64,000 nucleotides of DNA, taken from positions 1,216,001-1,280,000 of the forward strand of contig CBDANS010000007.1 of assembly GCA_965197745.1 (NCBI GenBank), written 5' to 3'. The DNA comes from Opitutales bacterium. GTDB lineage: Bacteria; Verrucomicrobiota; Verrucomicrobiia; Opitutales; PNEW01. The position numbers were made by a program, and so were the translations under genes. The notes below the pieces were generated by a model. That model worked only from the letters and a program-made list of their open reading frames with translations, searched no databases and was not told the DNA's origin. Positions 41,751 through 51,386 of this stretch are shown one piece after another (position 1 is the first letter of the stretch; each line of letters opens with the position of its first letter).

Positions 41751-42902
41751 ATGATATTGAGGGAGTCGACGCACATGAGCTGGTGGGTAAATATCCGACG
41801 TAATCTGGCGGGGACATCGCTGATTCTTGCGGTGTTCAGCCTTGCTGGGCTCGGGCTGATCGTCCTTTTCAGCGTGACTCATTCTCAGTATGCGGATCCC
41901 TATTTTATTGTTAGACGACAATTCTTGTGGCTCTGTCTTGCCGTCTTAGCCGGGGTTATTGCATTTTTTATTAACCTCGAAAAGTTACGCTTCTTCACTT
42001 GGTCTATTGCCGCTGGAGCAGTCATCCTGCTGACTCTTGTTCTTATTCCCGGAATTGGGCTCGAAGTCAATGGAGCGCGACGTTGGCTGGATCTCGGCCC
42101 CATGAATATGCAAGTGTCCGATTTTGCTAAAATCGCATTGATCTTTGTCCATGCCCATTACCTCGCCAATAATCAGCGTGCGCTCGGGAATTTCAAGCGA
42201 GGATTTCTCATTCCTTCAATGATGATCGGCGTAGTTGTCCTCTTAATTATTTTACAACCGGACTATGGAACTGCATTTCTTACAGCAGTAATCGGTTTCA
42301 CCTTACTCTTTCTTGCCGGAGCGAAATTATTATACCTCGTGCCCACATTCATTGTCGGGGTATTAATGTTCTGTGCCGCTATCCTCCTCGATCCCGTCCG
42401 GTTAAAAAGGATAACGGCATTTCTGGATGTTGAGGGAAACAGAAGTGATGGAGCCTACCAGTTATGGCAGGGTATACTCGCTTTTGGGGCAGGTGGAGTC
42501 AGCGGTGTTGGGCTGGGTAATGGCAGGCAACAGATGGCATTTCTCCCCGAAGCACACACCGATTTTATATTTCCCATAATCGGAGAAGAATTAGGCTTTG
42601 TTTTTACGGCTGGGGTCGTCATTGTTTTTTTCATTATTTTCATTACCAGTATATGGCAAATACATCGTGCGCCCAGTTTATTTCAGTTTCTTTTCGCAGC
42701 CGGAGCGCTCATGTACATAACATTGCAGGCCTTAATTAATTTTGGTGTCGTTACAGGATGTCTGCCCACCAAGGGGATGTCGCTGCCCTTTATAAGTTAT
42801 GGTGGGTCCAACCTGGTGTGTATGTTTTTCTTAATAGGGATTATTTTGAATTTTCTGCAGGAATGGAATCGATCCCCTCTTCGAAGACCGCGTGAACTAT
42901 GA
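41751..42902 (+). CDS. ftsW: SEDS peptidoglycan polymerase FtsW
   Basis: NGARRW, LQPDYG, LPEAHTDFIF, LPTKGMSLPFISYGGS. Confidence 0.95.
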   Translation: MILRESTHMSWWVNIRRNLAGTSLILAVFSLAGLGLIVLFSVTHSQYADPYFIVRRQFLWLCLAVLAGVIAFFINLEKLRFFTWSIAAGAVILLTLVLIPGIGLEVNGARRWLDLGPMNMQVSDFAKIALIFVHAHYLANNQRALGNFKRGFLIPSMMIGVVVLLIILQPDYGTAFLTAVIGFTLLFLAGAKLLYLVPTFIVGVLMFCAAILLDPVRLKRITAFLDVEGNRSDGAYQLWQGILAFGAGGVSGVGLGNGRQQMAFLPEAHTDFIFPIIGEELGFVFTAGVVIVFFIIFITSIWQIHRAPSLFQFLFAAGALMYITLQALINFGVVTGCLPTKGMSLPFISYGGSNLVCMFFLIGIILNFLQEWNRSPLRRPREL

Positions 42903-44026
42903 GTAACTTTTTAATATCCTGTGGTGGTACGGGTGGACATTTAGCTCCCGGTATTTCGCTCGCCGAGCGTTTAATTGAGCATGGTCACCAGTGTTGGCTT
43001 ATCATCAGCAAAAAAGAAGTGGATTCACGTTTAACAAGGGACTATCCTCAACTGGACTTTGTGCGAGCACCCGGAGCAGCATTCTCCTTTAATCCATGGC
43101 GCTTCGTAAAATTTTTTATACAGCAGTTTCAGTTGCTCTTATTTTCATTTAGACTTTTGCGTAAAACCCGTCCTGATACGATAGTGGCCTTTGGTGGGTT
43201 TACTTCTGTTGGCATTGCCATAGCTGGATTTATTCGCGGTTGTCCGGTAGCGATACATGAAGCTAATCGAAAACCTGGGAAAGCCACCCGCTATCTGCGA
43301 AGTTTGGCCAATCGCTTATACCTCCCTGAAGGAGTGCAATTAGCAGGTGTTCCCCTCCAGTCCATTAAACACTTTGGTTACCCATTGCGTAAGGGGATTC
43401 GACGTCTGCCCAAAGAATCGGCTCGTAGAAAAATGGGAATAGATGTTAAAGGTAAATTACTGGTTATTATGGGTGGCAGTCAGGGTGCCCAGGCCTTGAA
43501 CGAGTGGGTCAACATGCATTTCGAAAAACTGGGTGCTGAAGGGATCAGCGTTTACTGCGTAACCGGTTTGGGAAAAGGGAACAACGGTGTCTTTGAATAC
43601 CGCTCGGATAATGGTGAAGCGGTCAAAGCTTATTACACAACCTTTTGCGATAACATGGGTCACCTGCTGTCATCCGCAGACCTTGTTCTTTCCCGCGCCG
43701 GGGCGGGTTCGATTGCCGAATTAGTGCAATGCCATGTTCCATCGGCACTCGTCCCATACCCCTATGCTACGGACAATCACCAACTGGCAAATGCACGATT
43801 CCTGGAACAGTTGGGGTGTAGTGTAACAATAGAACAGGAGAATATGGGTGATCTTTTTGGTGAAGTGATTGAGCTCATTTATAACGATTGGCTTTTAGAC
43901 AAATTCCGTCAAAACCTTCAACGTTTAAACCGGGGGAATGGGGCGGAGCTTATCGCCAATGATCTTGAAGTAATCTGTGAAGAACATATCCGGAAACATC
44001 GACCCAAGGAAGAAGTGTCAGCATGA
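42899..44026 (+). CDS. murG: Lipid II GlcNAc transferase MurG
   Basis: GGTGGH, HEAN, GGSQGA, RAGAGS, HQLANA. Confidence 0.95.
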   Translation: MSNFLISCGGTGGHLAPGISLAERLIEHGHQCWLIISKKEVDSRLTRDYPQLDFVRAPGAAFSFNPWRFVKFFIQQFQLLLFSFRLLRKTRPDTIVAFGGFTSVGIAIAGFIRGCPVAIHEANRKPGKATRYLRSLANRLYLPEGVQLAGVPLQSIKHFGYPLRKGIRRLPKESARRKMGIDVKGKLLVIMGGSQGAQALNEWVNMHFEKLGAEGISVYCVTGLGKGNNGVFEYRSDNGEAVKAYYTTFCDNMGHLLSSADLVLSRAGAGSIAELVQCHVPSALVPYPYATDNHQLANARFLEQLGCSVTIEQENMGDLFGEVIELIYNDWLLDKFRQNLQRLNRGNGAELIANDLEVICEEHIRKHRPKEEVSA

Positions 44027-46332
44027 GAAATATATACATGATTGGCATTGGGGGAATGGGCATGGCGCCGCTCGCACTCTATTTACAAAAAGGCGGTTAT
44101 CTTATCAGTGGATACGACGATAATATCAGTGAACCTGTTCGCTCTCTTCTTCTCGAACACGAAGTAAATGTATTTTCCGAAACCGAGTTAAGCGATGAGA
44201 TAGAAGGGGTTGTCTACTCGAGCGCAGTGGCCAGGAACCATCCCTGTTACGAGGCGGCCTGCGTACGCGGGGTGCCATTATTGAAACGAGGTTCAATGCT
44301 CGCCCGTGCCGTAGCTGATAAGAAACTCATCGCCGTCGTCGGCAGTCACGGCAAAACAACCACTGCGGGCATGCTTATTTCTGCTCTTGAAAAAGAAAGT
44401 TTTAAATTTGGCTATATCCTGGGGGCCTTATTTAAAAATAATAGCAGCATGCCTGCGCGTTATGACAAAAATAGTGAATGGGTAATAGCGGAGATTGATG
44501 AGAGTGATGGAACAATAAATGAGTTTTCACCGGAAATAACGCTGACTACTAACCTCGATTGGGATCATCCCGATCAATATCCAGATCCGGGTGAGTTAGA
44601 AGATACCTTTGGTAGACTTTTTCAGCGCACTAAAAAAGCTGTTTTTTTCCCCTCTTGTAACAATTTATTTAAGCAACTGCCTGAAAATAATATTACCTGT
44701 GAGTTAATCAGATTTGGTGAAGGAGGCGATTATGCGGGTAATATATTGGAAGCTGACTGCCAGAGTATATTATTAAAATTAGAAGGCCGGTCTGATAAGC
44801 ATGAAGTAAAGGTGCCGGCGCCTGGTAACTTTAATGCCGCCAATGCCCTGGGTGCTCTCGCTGTCACGCATTATCTTACAGCGCATCTCAACATTAATAC
44901 CCTCAGTTCTTTTCCCGGCATTGTGCGTCGCCAGACGATTCTATATAATAGCCCTCAATTACTTATTTATGAAGATTATGCGCATCACCCTGGAGAGATT
45001 GCGGCGCTGATTGATTTTATCCGTGAATCATATTCCGGTTTTCGGGTAATCGTTGTCTTCCAACCCCATCGCTACACACGCACGCTTCAATACAAGGAGG
45101 CATTTGCCCAAGCCCTCAAAAAAGCGGATGTCATTTTCTTAATGGATGTTTATCCCGCGAATGAAAATCCAATCGAGGGGGGGGCAAGTATTGATCTTTT
45201 AAAGCTTCTGCCTGAGGTTTCCCCACCTAAAATATTAACCGATGTTGATGAGCTCGATGACAGTATCTCGAGTCAATTAATAGATCCAAGTGTCTTACTC
45301 TTTATCGGAGCGGGAGATATATCGCAGTGGGCTGAAATATACGTGTCGAGGAAAGCGAAGCAAACACCTGAAAAGGTTAAGAGAAAAAAGACATCAACTA
45401 GAGATGAAAAATGGTGGGAAAACATATCTCAGAATTTCAATTCGGAGACACGGTTGTCCTGTTTTGAACCATTAGCTGACAAAACAACAATACGCGTGGG
45501 AGGAAGCACACGGTACTATGCTGAACCGGCATCAGAGAATGATCTGTCGCTCCTTATTAAAGAAGCAAAAAAAAATAGGGTTGCCCTTTTTTTTATTGGC
45601 CGTGGATCAAACCTTATCGTCCCGGACGAAGGTTTTCAGGGGCTGGTCATACGGCTCAACCACAAGTATTGGAAACAAATAAAATCCCTCGGTGAAGGTC
45701 GGCTTTGGGTGGGAGCCGGGGTGCGTTTAAAAAGGATTTGCGGGGAATCGGTCAAACTGGGCATGGGTGGCTTCGAGTTTCTCGAAGGCATACCCGGGAC
45801 ATTGGGAGGATCCCTGCGTATGAATGCGGGTGCCATGGGAGGATGGATGTTTGACATCGTGGAATCGGTGCACCGTGTAACGCTTGACGGCACCTTGGAA
45901 AAATTAAGTCGTGAAGATATCCATGTCGGTTACCGGGAATGTGAAGAGTTGAAAGAGGCAATAGCGATTGGGGCGATTTTACGCGCCACTTCAAGCGCTG
46001 AGGCAGGGGCCATTAGGGAGAAGGTTGAATCGTTCTCCAGCTTGCGCAAGGAGAGCCAGCCACGCGAGCCAAGCGCAGGGTGTATTTTTAAAAACCCGAA
46101 AGGGGGTTACGCCGGACAGCTCATTGATGAATTGGGCTTAAAAGGAAAACAGATAGGAGCCGCTCAAGTATCAAATATACATGGAAATTTTATAATTAAC
46201 AAGGGGGGCGCAACGAGCAGAGATGTAATTTCATTGATAAAAGAAGTTCGCCAAGAGGTTAAAATACATAGGGGTTTTGAATTGCAGCCCGAAGTTCTCC
46301 TGATGGGCAAGAATTGGAGCGAGGTGTTATGA
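44023..46332 (+). CDS. murC: MurC-MurB fusion protein
   Basis: N-terminal IGIGGMGM, GSHGKTT, DYAHHP, FQPHRY (MurC); C-terminal GRGSNL, GIPGTLGG, MNAGA, SAGCIFKNP, HGNFIIN (MurB). Confidence 0.95.
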   Translation: MRNIYMIGIGGMGMAPLALYLQKGGYLISGYDDNISEPVRSLLLEHEVNVFSETELSDEIEGVVYSSAVARNHPCYEAACVRGVPLLKRGSMLARAVADKKLIAVVGSHGKTTTAGMLISALEKESFKFGYILGALFKNNSSMPARYDKNSEWVIAEIDESDGTINEFSPEITLTTNLDWDHPDQYPDPGELEDTFGRLFQRTKKAVFFPSCNNLFKQLPENNITCELIRFGEGGDYAGNILEADCQSILLKLEGRSDKHEVKVPAPGNFNAANALGALAVTHYLTAHLNINTLSSFPGIVRRQTILYNSPQLLIYEDYAHHPGEIAALIDFIRESYSGFRVIVVFQPHRYTRTLQYKEAFAQALKKADVIFLMDVYPANENPIEGGASIDLLKLLPEVSPPKILTDVDELDDSISSQLIDPSVLLFIGAGDISQWAEIYVSRKAKQTPEKVKRKKTSTRDEKWWENISQNFNSETRLSCFEPLADKTTIRVGGSTRYYAEPASENDLSLLIKEAKKNRVALFFIGRGSNLIVPDEGFQGLVIRLNHKYWKQIKSLGEGRLWVGAGVRLKRICGESVKLGMGGFEFLEGIPGTLGGSLRMNAGAMGGWMFDIVESVHRVTLDGTLEKLSREDIHVGYRECEELKEAIAIGAILRATSSAEAGAIREKVESFSSLRKESQPREPSAGCIFKNPKGGYAGQLIDELGLKGKQIGAAQVSNIHGNFIINKGGATSRDVISLIKEVRQEVKIHRGFELQPEVLLMGKNWSEVL

Positions 46333-47261
46333 AGGATATGCGAATAGTTGTTTTATGCGGGGGCATATCAAGGGAACGAGAAGTGTCCCTGGAATCGGGG
46401 AGGGACGTAACTGAAGCATTAAAAAAGAATTATACCGTTGAGTGTTTTGATATTATTGATCGGTCATTACCATCAAATCTCGACCCCAGACGGGATGTTG
46501 CATTTTTAACATCACATGGAACATTTGGTGAAGACGGCGGCATTCAAGAATTGCTTGAGAAGGGCAATTACATCTACGCAGGTAGTAATCCTGAATCAAG
46601 CCGTCTTTGTTTCAATAAAAAGGAAACAAAGGCACGGGTGGCAACTGCTGGAATTCTTGTCGCAGATGATTTAGAAGCTGAGACATCTGAACTGCCGGCA
46701 GCTACTGACGTTGTTGACAGGCTTGGCAATAGCGTAGTCGTCAAACCGGTCTGCGGGGGCAGTAGTATCGGCGTTTCGTTCGCAGAAGATGAAGAGATAC
46801 TCAGTGATCTCCTCGCGAATCTCGAATCAGGAAATTGGCTTTTTGAAAAAAAAATAAAAGGAAGAGAAATTTCAATCGGTGTTCTCGAAGGTGAAGGAAT
46901 GGGTCTCGTTGAAGTCTTACCCAAAGGTGGAATTTACGATTATAAACACAAGTATGAAGGGGGGATGACAGACTATCGTTACCCGGCCGAAGTCGGAGCC
47001 GCTATGGAGAGAGAAATTCGCGAATCCGCGGTACGCGCATTTGATGTCTGTGGGTGTCGTGATTTTATTCGCGTGGACTTTATGATCTCAGAATCAGATG
47101 AATGCTATTTTCTGGAAATCAATACTCTTCCTGGTCTGACTTCTACCAGTCTTCTGCGTAAAAGTGCCTCCTGTCTGGGATTCGATTACCCTCAACTCGC
47201 GCAAAAGCTGGTGGCTCCGGCGATCACCAGATTTGAATCTTCAGGAGGTCTTTCCTCATGA
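46329..47261 (+). CDS. ddl: D-alanine-D-alanine ligase
   Basis: GGISREREVSLESG, HGTFGEDG, GGSSIG, YDYKHKY, LEINTLPG; ATGA overlap with murC-murB. Confidence 0.95.
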   Translation: MKDMRIVVLCGGISREREVSLESGRDVTEALKKNYTVECFDIIDRSLPSNLDPRRDVAFLTSHGTFGEDGGIQELLEKGNYIYAGSNPESSRLCFNKKETKARVATAGILVADDLEAETSELPAATDVVDRLGNSVVVKPVCGGSSIGVSFAEDEEILSDLLANLESGNWLFEKKIKGREISIGVLEGEGMGLVEVLPKGGIYDYKHKYEGGMTDYRYPAEVGAAMEREIRESAVRAFDVCGCRDFIRVDFMISESDECYFLEINTLPGLTSTSLLRKSASCLGFDYPQLAQKLVAPAITRFESSGGLSS

Positions 47262-48190
47262 CTAAAAGTATAGAGAAGAAGCAAAATGCGAAAAGCTGGC
47301 GTACCATTCACCAGATCGGTGGACGACAGGCCGTAACCGCTATTGCGAGGAAACGCCGATTTATGGCACAAGTCAAAGTGTGCGGATACATTCTAATCCT
47401 TTTAGTTACAGCTGGCGGGTTCGCTTACAGTATTAATTTCTTCCGCTCTAATCACAACCAGATTTTGTTAGCCGGGCCATCTTCTCCCGTGCGAAGGATT
47501 GTTTTTCAAAGCGACGGAGTCCTGAACCAGGATTGGTTTGAGAAAAATATACCCTGGTTACGGGAAAAAGAAATTTTTGAAGTAGATATTTTTGCGATTA
47601 AAACCCTCTTAGAGATGAAGGGACAAATCTCATCAGCCAATGTTACAAGAAGATTTCCAGATGAACTGATAATAGAAGTAAAAGAACGAGAGCCAATTTT
47701 ACGGGCGCGGGTGCCGGGAAATAAAGGAAAGATCAAGGAGGTAATGATAGCTCGGGATGGAGTTGTTTATTTTGGTGAATATTATTCTCGCACCAGTTAT
47801 CAGGAATTACCTTATCTGGGAGGGATACGATTTAAAAAAGAAAATGGGCATATCAATTCACTCCACGGTATGGATATAGTGGCTGAACTGCTGGATTCCG
47901 CTCGTTTGAGGTACCCCAGTATATATCAATCATGGCGGGTGGTCTCCTGCGAGCATTTTGATGGGCTCAAAGATTTTTCCGGTGAGTTTATAAAAATCCG
48001 CAGCCGTGATATTCAGGAAATAATATTTACCCCTACCGACTTTGATCGACAGCTCGACCAGCTCGCGCGAATTATGAAGATTTCAAAGCAAAAAAACGCA
48101 AACGAAATTAAACGAATAGACCTCACCATGATCGATCAGGTGGCCGTGCAATTTATACCGTACTCACGACCTGGAAAATTCAGAAATTAA
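47258..48190 (+). CDS. ftsQ: Cell division protein FtsQ/DivIB
   Basis: TM helix followed by POTRA-like VTRRFPDELIIEVKERE; located between ddl and ftsA. Confidence 0.8.
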   Translation: MTKSIEKKQNAKSWRTIHQIGGRQAVTAIARKRRFMAQVKVCGYILILLVTAGGFAYSINFFRSNHNQILLAGPSSPVRRIVFQSDGVLNQDWFEKNIPWLREKEIFEVDIFAIKTLLEMKGQISSANVTRRFPDELIIEVKEREPILRARVPGNKGKIKEVMIARDGVVYFGEYYSRTSYQELPYLGGIRFKKENGHINSLHGMDIVAELLDSARLRYPSIYQSWRVVSCEHFDGLKDFSGEFIKIRSRDIQEIIFTPTDFDRQLDQLARIMKISKQKNANEIKRIDLTMIDQVAVQFIPYSRPGKFRN

Positions 48191-48217
48191 ATATTAACTG
48201 CGAACTCAGATTAATCT

Positions 48218-49423
48218 ATGAACGATAATAAAATTATTGGAGCGGTTGAAATAGGGGGCTCCAAAGTGGTCGTAATGGTTGGAGAAATCGTCAACGGACG
48301 AAGCCTGAACATTATCGGGATGGGCCAGTCAACCTCGATGGGGGTGAAAAAAGGGGAGATCACTGATTTTCGGGCTGCCAGTGATTGTACCCACGCCGCA
48401 ATTATTGCCGCTGAAAAAAACGCGGGGGCTACTATTGAAGGTATCTATCTCGCGCAGACGGGTAGACATCTTGAGGGATTTTCCAATAAAAGTTCAATTA
48501 CCGTCAGCTCTCCAGATGGCCTGGTACGACAGGTTGATATTCAAAACATCGTTGATAATGCGAAGCGTAAAGAATTACCGCAAGGACGCGTCTATATTCA
48601 TCATATTCAATGTGGCTATCACCTGGATGGGAGGGTCATTGGGGATCCCCATACGATGCAAGGCGATGAACTCGAAGTCGCTTACTGGCATGTTCAAGGG
48701 GATGAAAAAAAGGTAAGTGATCATATTCATGTCATAAACGGTTTTGGTTTAAAAGTGGAAGATATGATAATTTCCAGCATCGCTTCCGGGTGCATGGTTG
48801 CCAGCGATGAAGAAAAGCAAAATGGAGTGCTCGTTTTGGACATCGGTTGTAATACTACGGATTATGCTCTCTATCGCAACGGGCATATTATGAGGACCGG
48901 CGTACTGAGCGTAGGTGGCGATCATTTAACGAATGATTTGTGCCTGGGGCTTCGCATTAACAAACAACAGGCGGAGAAACTGAAACTGGAATACGGAAAA
49001 GCCATTGTTGATAGTGAAGATAAAGATGAGAAGGTTTGGCTTTTCGGCGATCTGACAATTGGTGATCGCCCCATACCGCGAATGGCTATTTATCAGATTA
49101 TTAAGGCAAGAGTTGATGAACTCTTCGGGATTATAAAAAAAGAATTAGTGGAATTTATGGATGCCCGGGATTTAGCCGGGGGTATTATATTGACCGGTGG
49201 TGTTTCGCGCCTGTCAAAAATTGCTGATGCCGCAACACGCCAATTAGGAGTGCCGACGAGAATTGGAGAAAACCCCTCCTGGGTAAGGGATGATTTACGA
49301 AAACCCGAGTACAGCACCGTCCTCGGTCTCCTCTACTATGGGCTTACCGCGCAAAATTCAGAAGATCAGAGTAAAAAGGAGACCGGACTTTTTCAAAAAG
49401 TAGTCAATATATTCAACCTGTAA
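48218..49423 (+). CDS. ftsA: Cell division protein FtsA
   Basis: EIGGSK, LDIG, GGDHLTNDL, AEKLK, LTGG. Confidence 0.93.
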   Translation: MNDNKIIGAVEIGGSKVVVMVGEIVNGRSLNIIGMGQSTSMGVKKGEITDFRAASDCTHAAIIAAEKNAGATIEGIYLAQTGRHLEGFSNKSSITVSSPDGLVRQVDIQNIVDNAKRKELPQGRVYIHHIQCGYHLDGRVIGDPHTMQGDELEVAYWHVQGDEKKVSDHIHVINGFGLKVEDMIISSIASGCMVASDEEKQNGVLVLDIGCNTTDYALYRNGHIMRTGVLSVGGDHLTNDLCLGLRINKQQAEKLKLEYGKAIVDSEDKDEKVWLFGDLTIGDRPIPRMAIYQIIKARVDELFGIIKKELVEFMDARDLAGGIILTGGVSRLSKIADAATRQLGVPTRIGENPSWVRDDLRKPEYSTVLGLLYYGLTAQNSEDQSKKETGLFQKVVNIFNL

Positions 49424-49430
49424 TTCAGCG

Positions 49431-50702
49431 ATGCAAAGCGAAAATTTTGTAAACCCCAATAAGACGTTCAGTGGAGAAGTCAGTGAGGCGACATTCCGAA
49501 TCAAGATAATTGGTCTCGGGGGAGCCGGTAACAATGCCGTAGATCGGATCAAACTGGACCATCTCGATCGCGTCGATCTTGCTGTCGTTAATACTGACAG
49601 TAAGGTTTTGAATGCGTCATTGATCGATGAAAAGGTCATGATTGGTCGAGAGATTACAAGAGGTCTCAGTGCGGGAGGTGATGCCGATATCGGCAGACGT
49701 GCCGCGGAAGCTGATCGAGAGCCTTTACTGCAGCTCGTCAACGGTATTGATATAGTATTTATTATTGCAGGATTGGGAGGAGGAACCGGAAGCGGAGCAG
49801 CGCCGATATTGGCTGAAATTGCCGCCAATCAAGGGGCATTGGTAATCGCTTTTGTTACCTTGCCTTTTACTAATGAAGGTATTCGTCGCCATAATCAGGC
49901 GGAAGATAGCCTCGCTCAACTAAGATCCGTATGTCATGCTGTTATTCCCTTGCCTAACGATATATTACTGCAGCAGGTGGAGGAGACTGCTACGGTTCTC
50001 GATGCTTTCACCCTGGCTGACGAGTGGATATACCGGGGGGTCCATTCCATATGGTCTTTGATCAATAAAACCGGGCTCATCAATGTCGATTTTGCCACTT
50101 TAAAAAATGCTTTTGAAAATCGGGGAGGGAAAACACTATTTGGTTTGGGCTACGGTGAAAAAGATAATTACGCCGATAAGGCACTCGATGATCTGAAGCT
50201 ATGCCCGTTGTTGCATACCCCTGAATTTTCACGTCGAGCAGATTCTCTCATTATAAATATAGTTGGGGGAACGGATCTTACGATTAACAAAGTGAACGAA
50301 ATTATGACCGTTGTCGGAGAACAGTTCGGGAGTAAGGATAATATCGTTCTCGGTGCGTATATTGATGAAAGCAAACAAAATAGTTTAAGTATCACCGTCC
50401 TGGGGACGACCAATCTGGATATTATGAAAAGACGATATCCAACAAATAAATCCATCTATAATCCAGTAGAGAAAAATCAGGCAAGGTCTTCAGAAAAAAA
50501 TAATGAAGAAAATTATACCCCTTCCGTGCATGCTTCCAAAAAAAATCAACACCCTAAAAAGGGAGATAAGCAGGAAGAATTTACCTTTTCCAATAATGGG
50601 GATCAACGCGGCTATTTCGATAAAACGGAGCGTAATCTGTATGATGGTGAAGATCTTGACGTGCCAACTTATCTCAGGCGGGGAATTAAAATAAATCTGT
50701 AA
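49431..50702 (+). CDS. ftsZ: Cell division protein FtsZ
   Basis: GLGGAGNN, NTD, GLGGGTGSG, C-terminal DLDVPTYLRR. Confidence 0.96.
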   Translation: MQSENFVNPNKTFSGEVSEATFRIKIIGLGGAGNNAVDRIKLDHLDRVDLAVVNTDSKVLNASLIDEKVMIGREITRGLSAGGDADIGRRAAEADREPLLQLVNGIDIVFIIAGLGGGTGSGAAPILAEIAANQGALVIAFVTLPFTNEGIRRHNQAEDSLAQLRSVCHAVIPLPNDILLQQVEETATVLDAFTLADEWIYRGVHSIWSLINKTGLINVDFATLKNAFENRGGKTLFGLGYGEKDNYADKALDDLKLCPLLHTPEFSRRADSLIINIVGGTDLTINKVNEIMTVVGEQFGSKDNIVLGAYIDESKQNSLSITVLGTTNLDIMKRRYPTNKSIYNPVEKNQARSSEKNNEENYTPSVHASKKNQHPKKGDKQEEFTFSNNGDQRGYFDKTERNLYDGEDLDVPTYLRRGIKINL

Positions 50703-50749
50703 GGTTTTAGAGATTAGAGACGGATCTCCTTTTTTAGTGTTCATTTGCA

Positions 50750-50779
50750 TTGATATAATTCTTCAAAAGCTTCTATAAC
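50750..50779 (+). promoter_or_regulatory. Putative sigma70 promoter for purS, possibly giving a leaderless transcript
   Basis: TTGATA-18 nt-TATAAC, ending 7 nt before the GTG start. Confidence 0.45.
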
Positions 50780-50786
50780 AATCCGA

Positions 50787-51032
50787 GTGAAGATCATTGT
50801 TTACGTAACCCCGAAAAAAAATGTTCTCGACCCCCAGGGCGCCGCAGTAGGGCAAGCGATGAAAAGTCTTGGGCATAAGGCAGTCGCTAATGTCCGTGTG
50901 GGCAAAACCATTGAATTCGAGATTCAGGGTGAGGATACAACTGAATTTCGCGCGTCCCTTGATAAACTGTGCAATGACCTGCTCAGTAATCCTATCATCG
51001 AGGATTATCGCTACGAATTAGTCGATAATTAG
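50787..51032 (+). CDS. purS: FGAM synthase subunit PurS
   Basis: VLDPQG, VRVGK, LLSNPIIEDY. Confidence 0.93.
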   Translation: MKIIVYVTPKKNVLDPQGAAVGQAMKSLGHKAVANVRVGKTIEFEIQGEDTTEFRASLDKLCNDLLSNPIIEDYRYELVDN

Positions 51033-51071
51033 CGTTATGCCGGAACCTTTTCGGGATAGAACAGTCCCCCT

Positions 51072-51308
51072 CTATCCCATCTTCGTCTGCGTCCATTTGG
51101 GGCTTAGTCGGTGACGAAGAGGTAGACGAAGATTGAGTCCTTATTATAGTAACCTTTGATCTAGACCCCCTCAACGGTCACGACGGAGCGTGACCCTCCA
51201 GAAAAATAATAATAATGGAGGGACGCGCTCCGTCGCGTCCGTTGAGAAGTTTGAACGATAATCTCAGATTTATTCCACCCAATAGGACGAAGACGAAGAT
51301 AGGGATAG
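51072..51308. repeat. Nested palindromic cassette (REPIN/BIME-like): outer GACGAA-rich inverted arms enclosing an inverted REP pair
   Basis: Outer arms 51072-51101 and 51278-51308; inner arms 51170-51200 and 51216-51246 (GGAGGGACGCGCTCCGTCGCGTCC type). Confidence 0.85.
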
Positions 51309-51386
51309 GTTTAAATACACCTCCGGTGTTCAGTCCCCGACATTAAAGCTTTACTTGCCGTCTCGACAATTTTTACCCTAAGCAAG

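Noticed and set aside
50703..50737. Terminator after ftsZ
   Set aside because: A T tract is present but the stem (GAGAT/ATCTC) is short with a long loop, so it is too weak to call.
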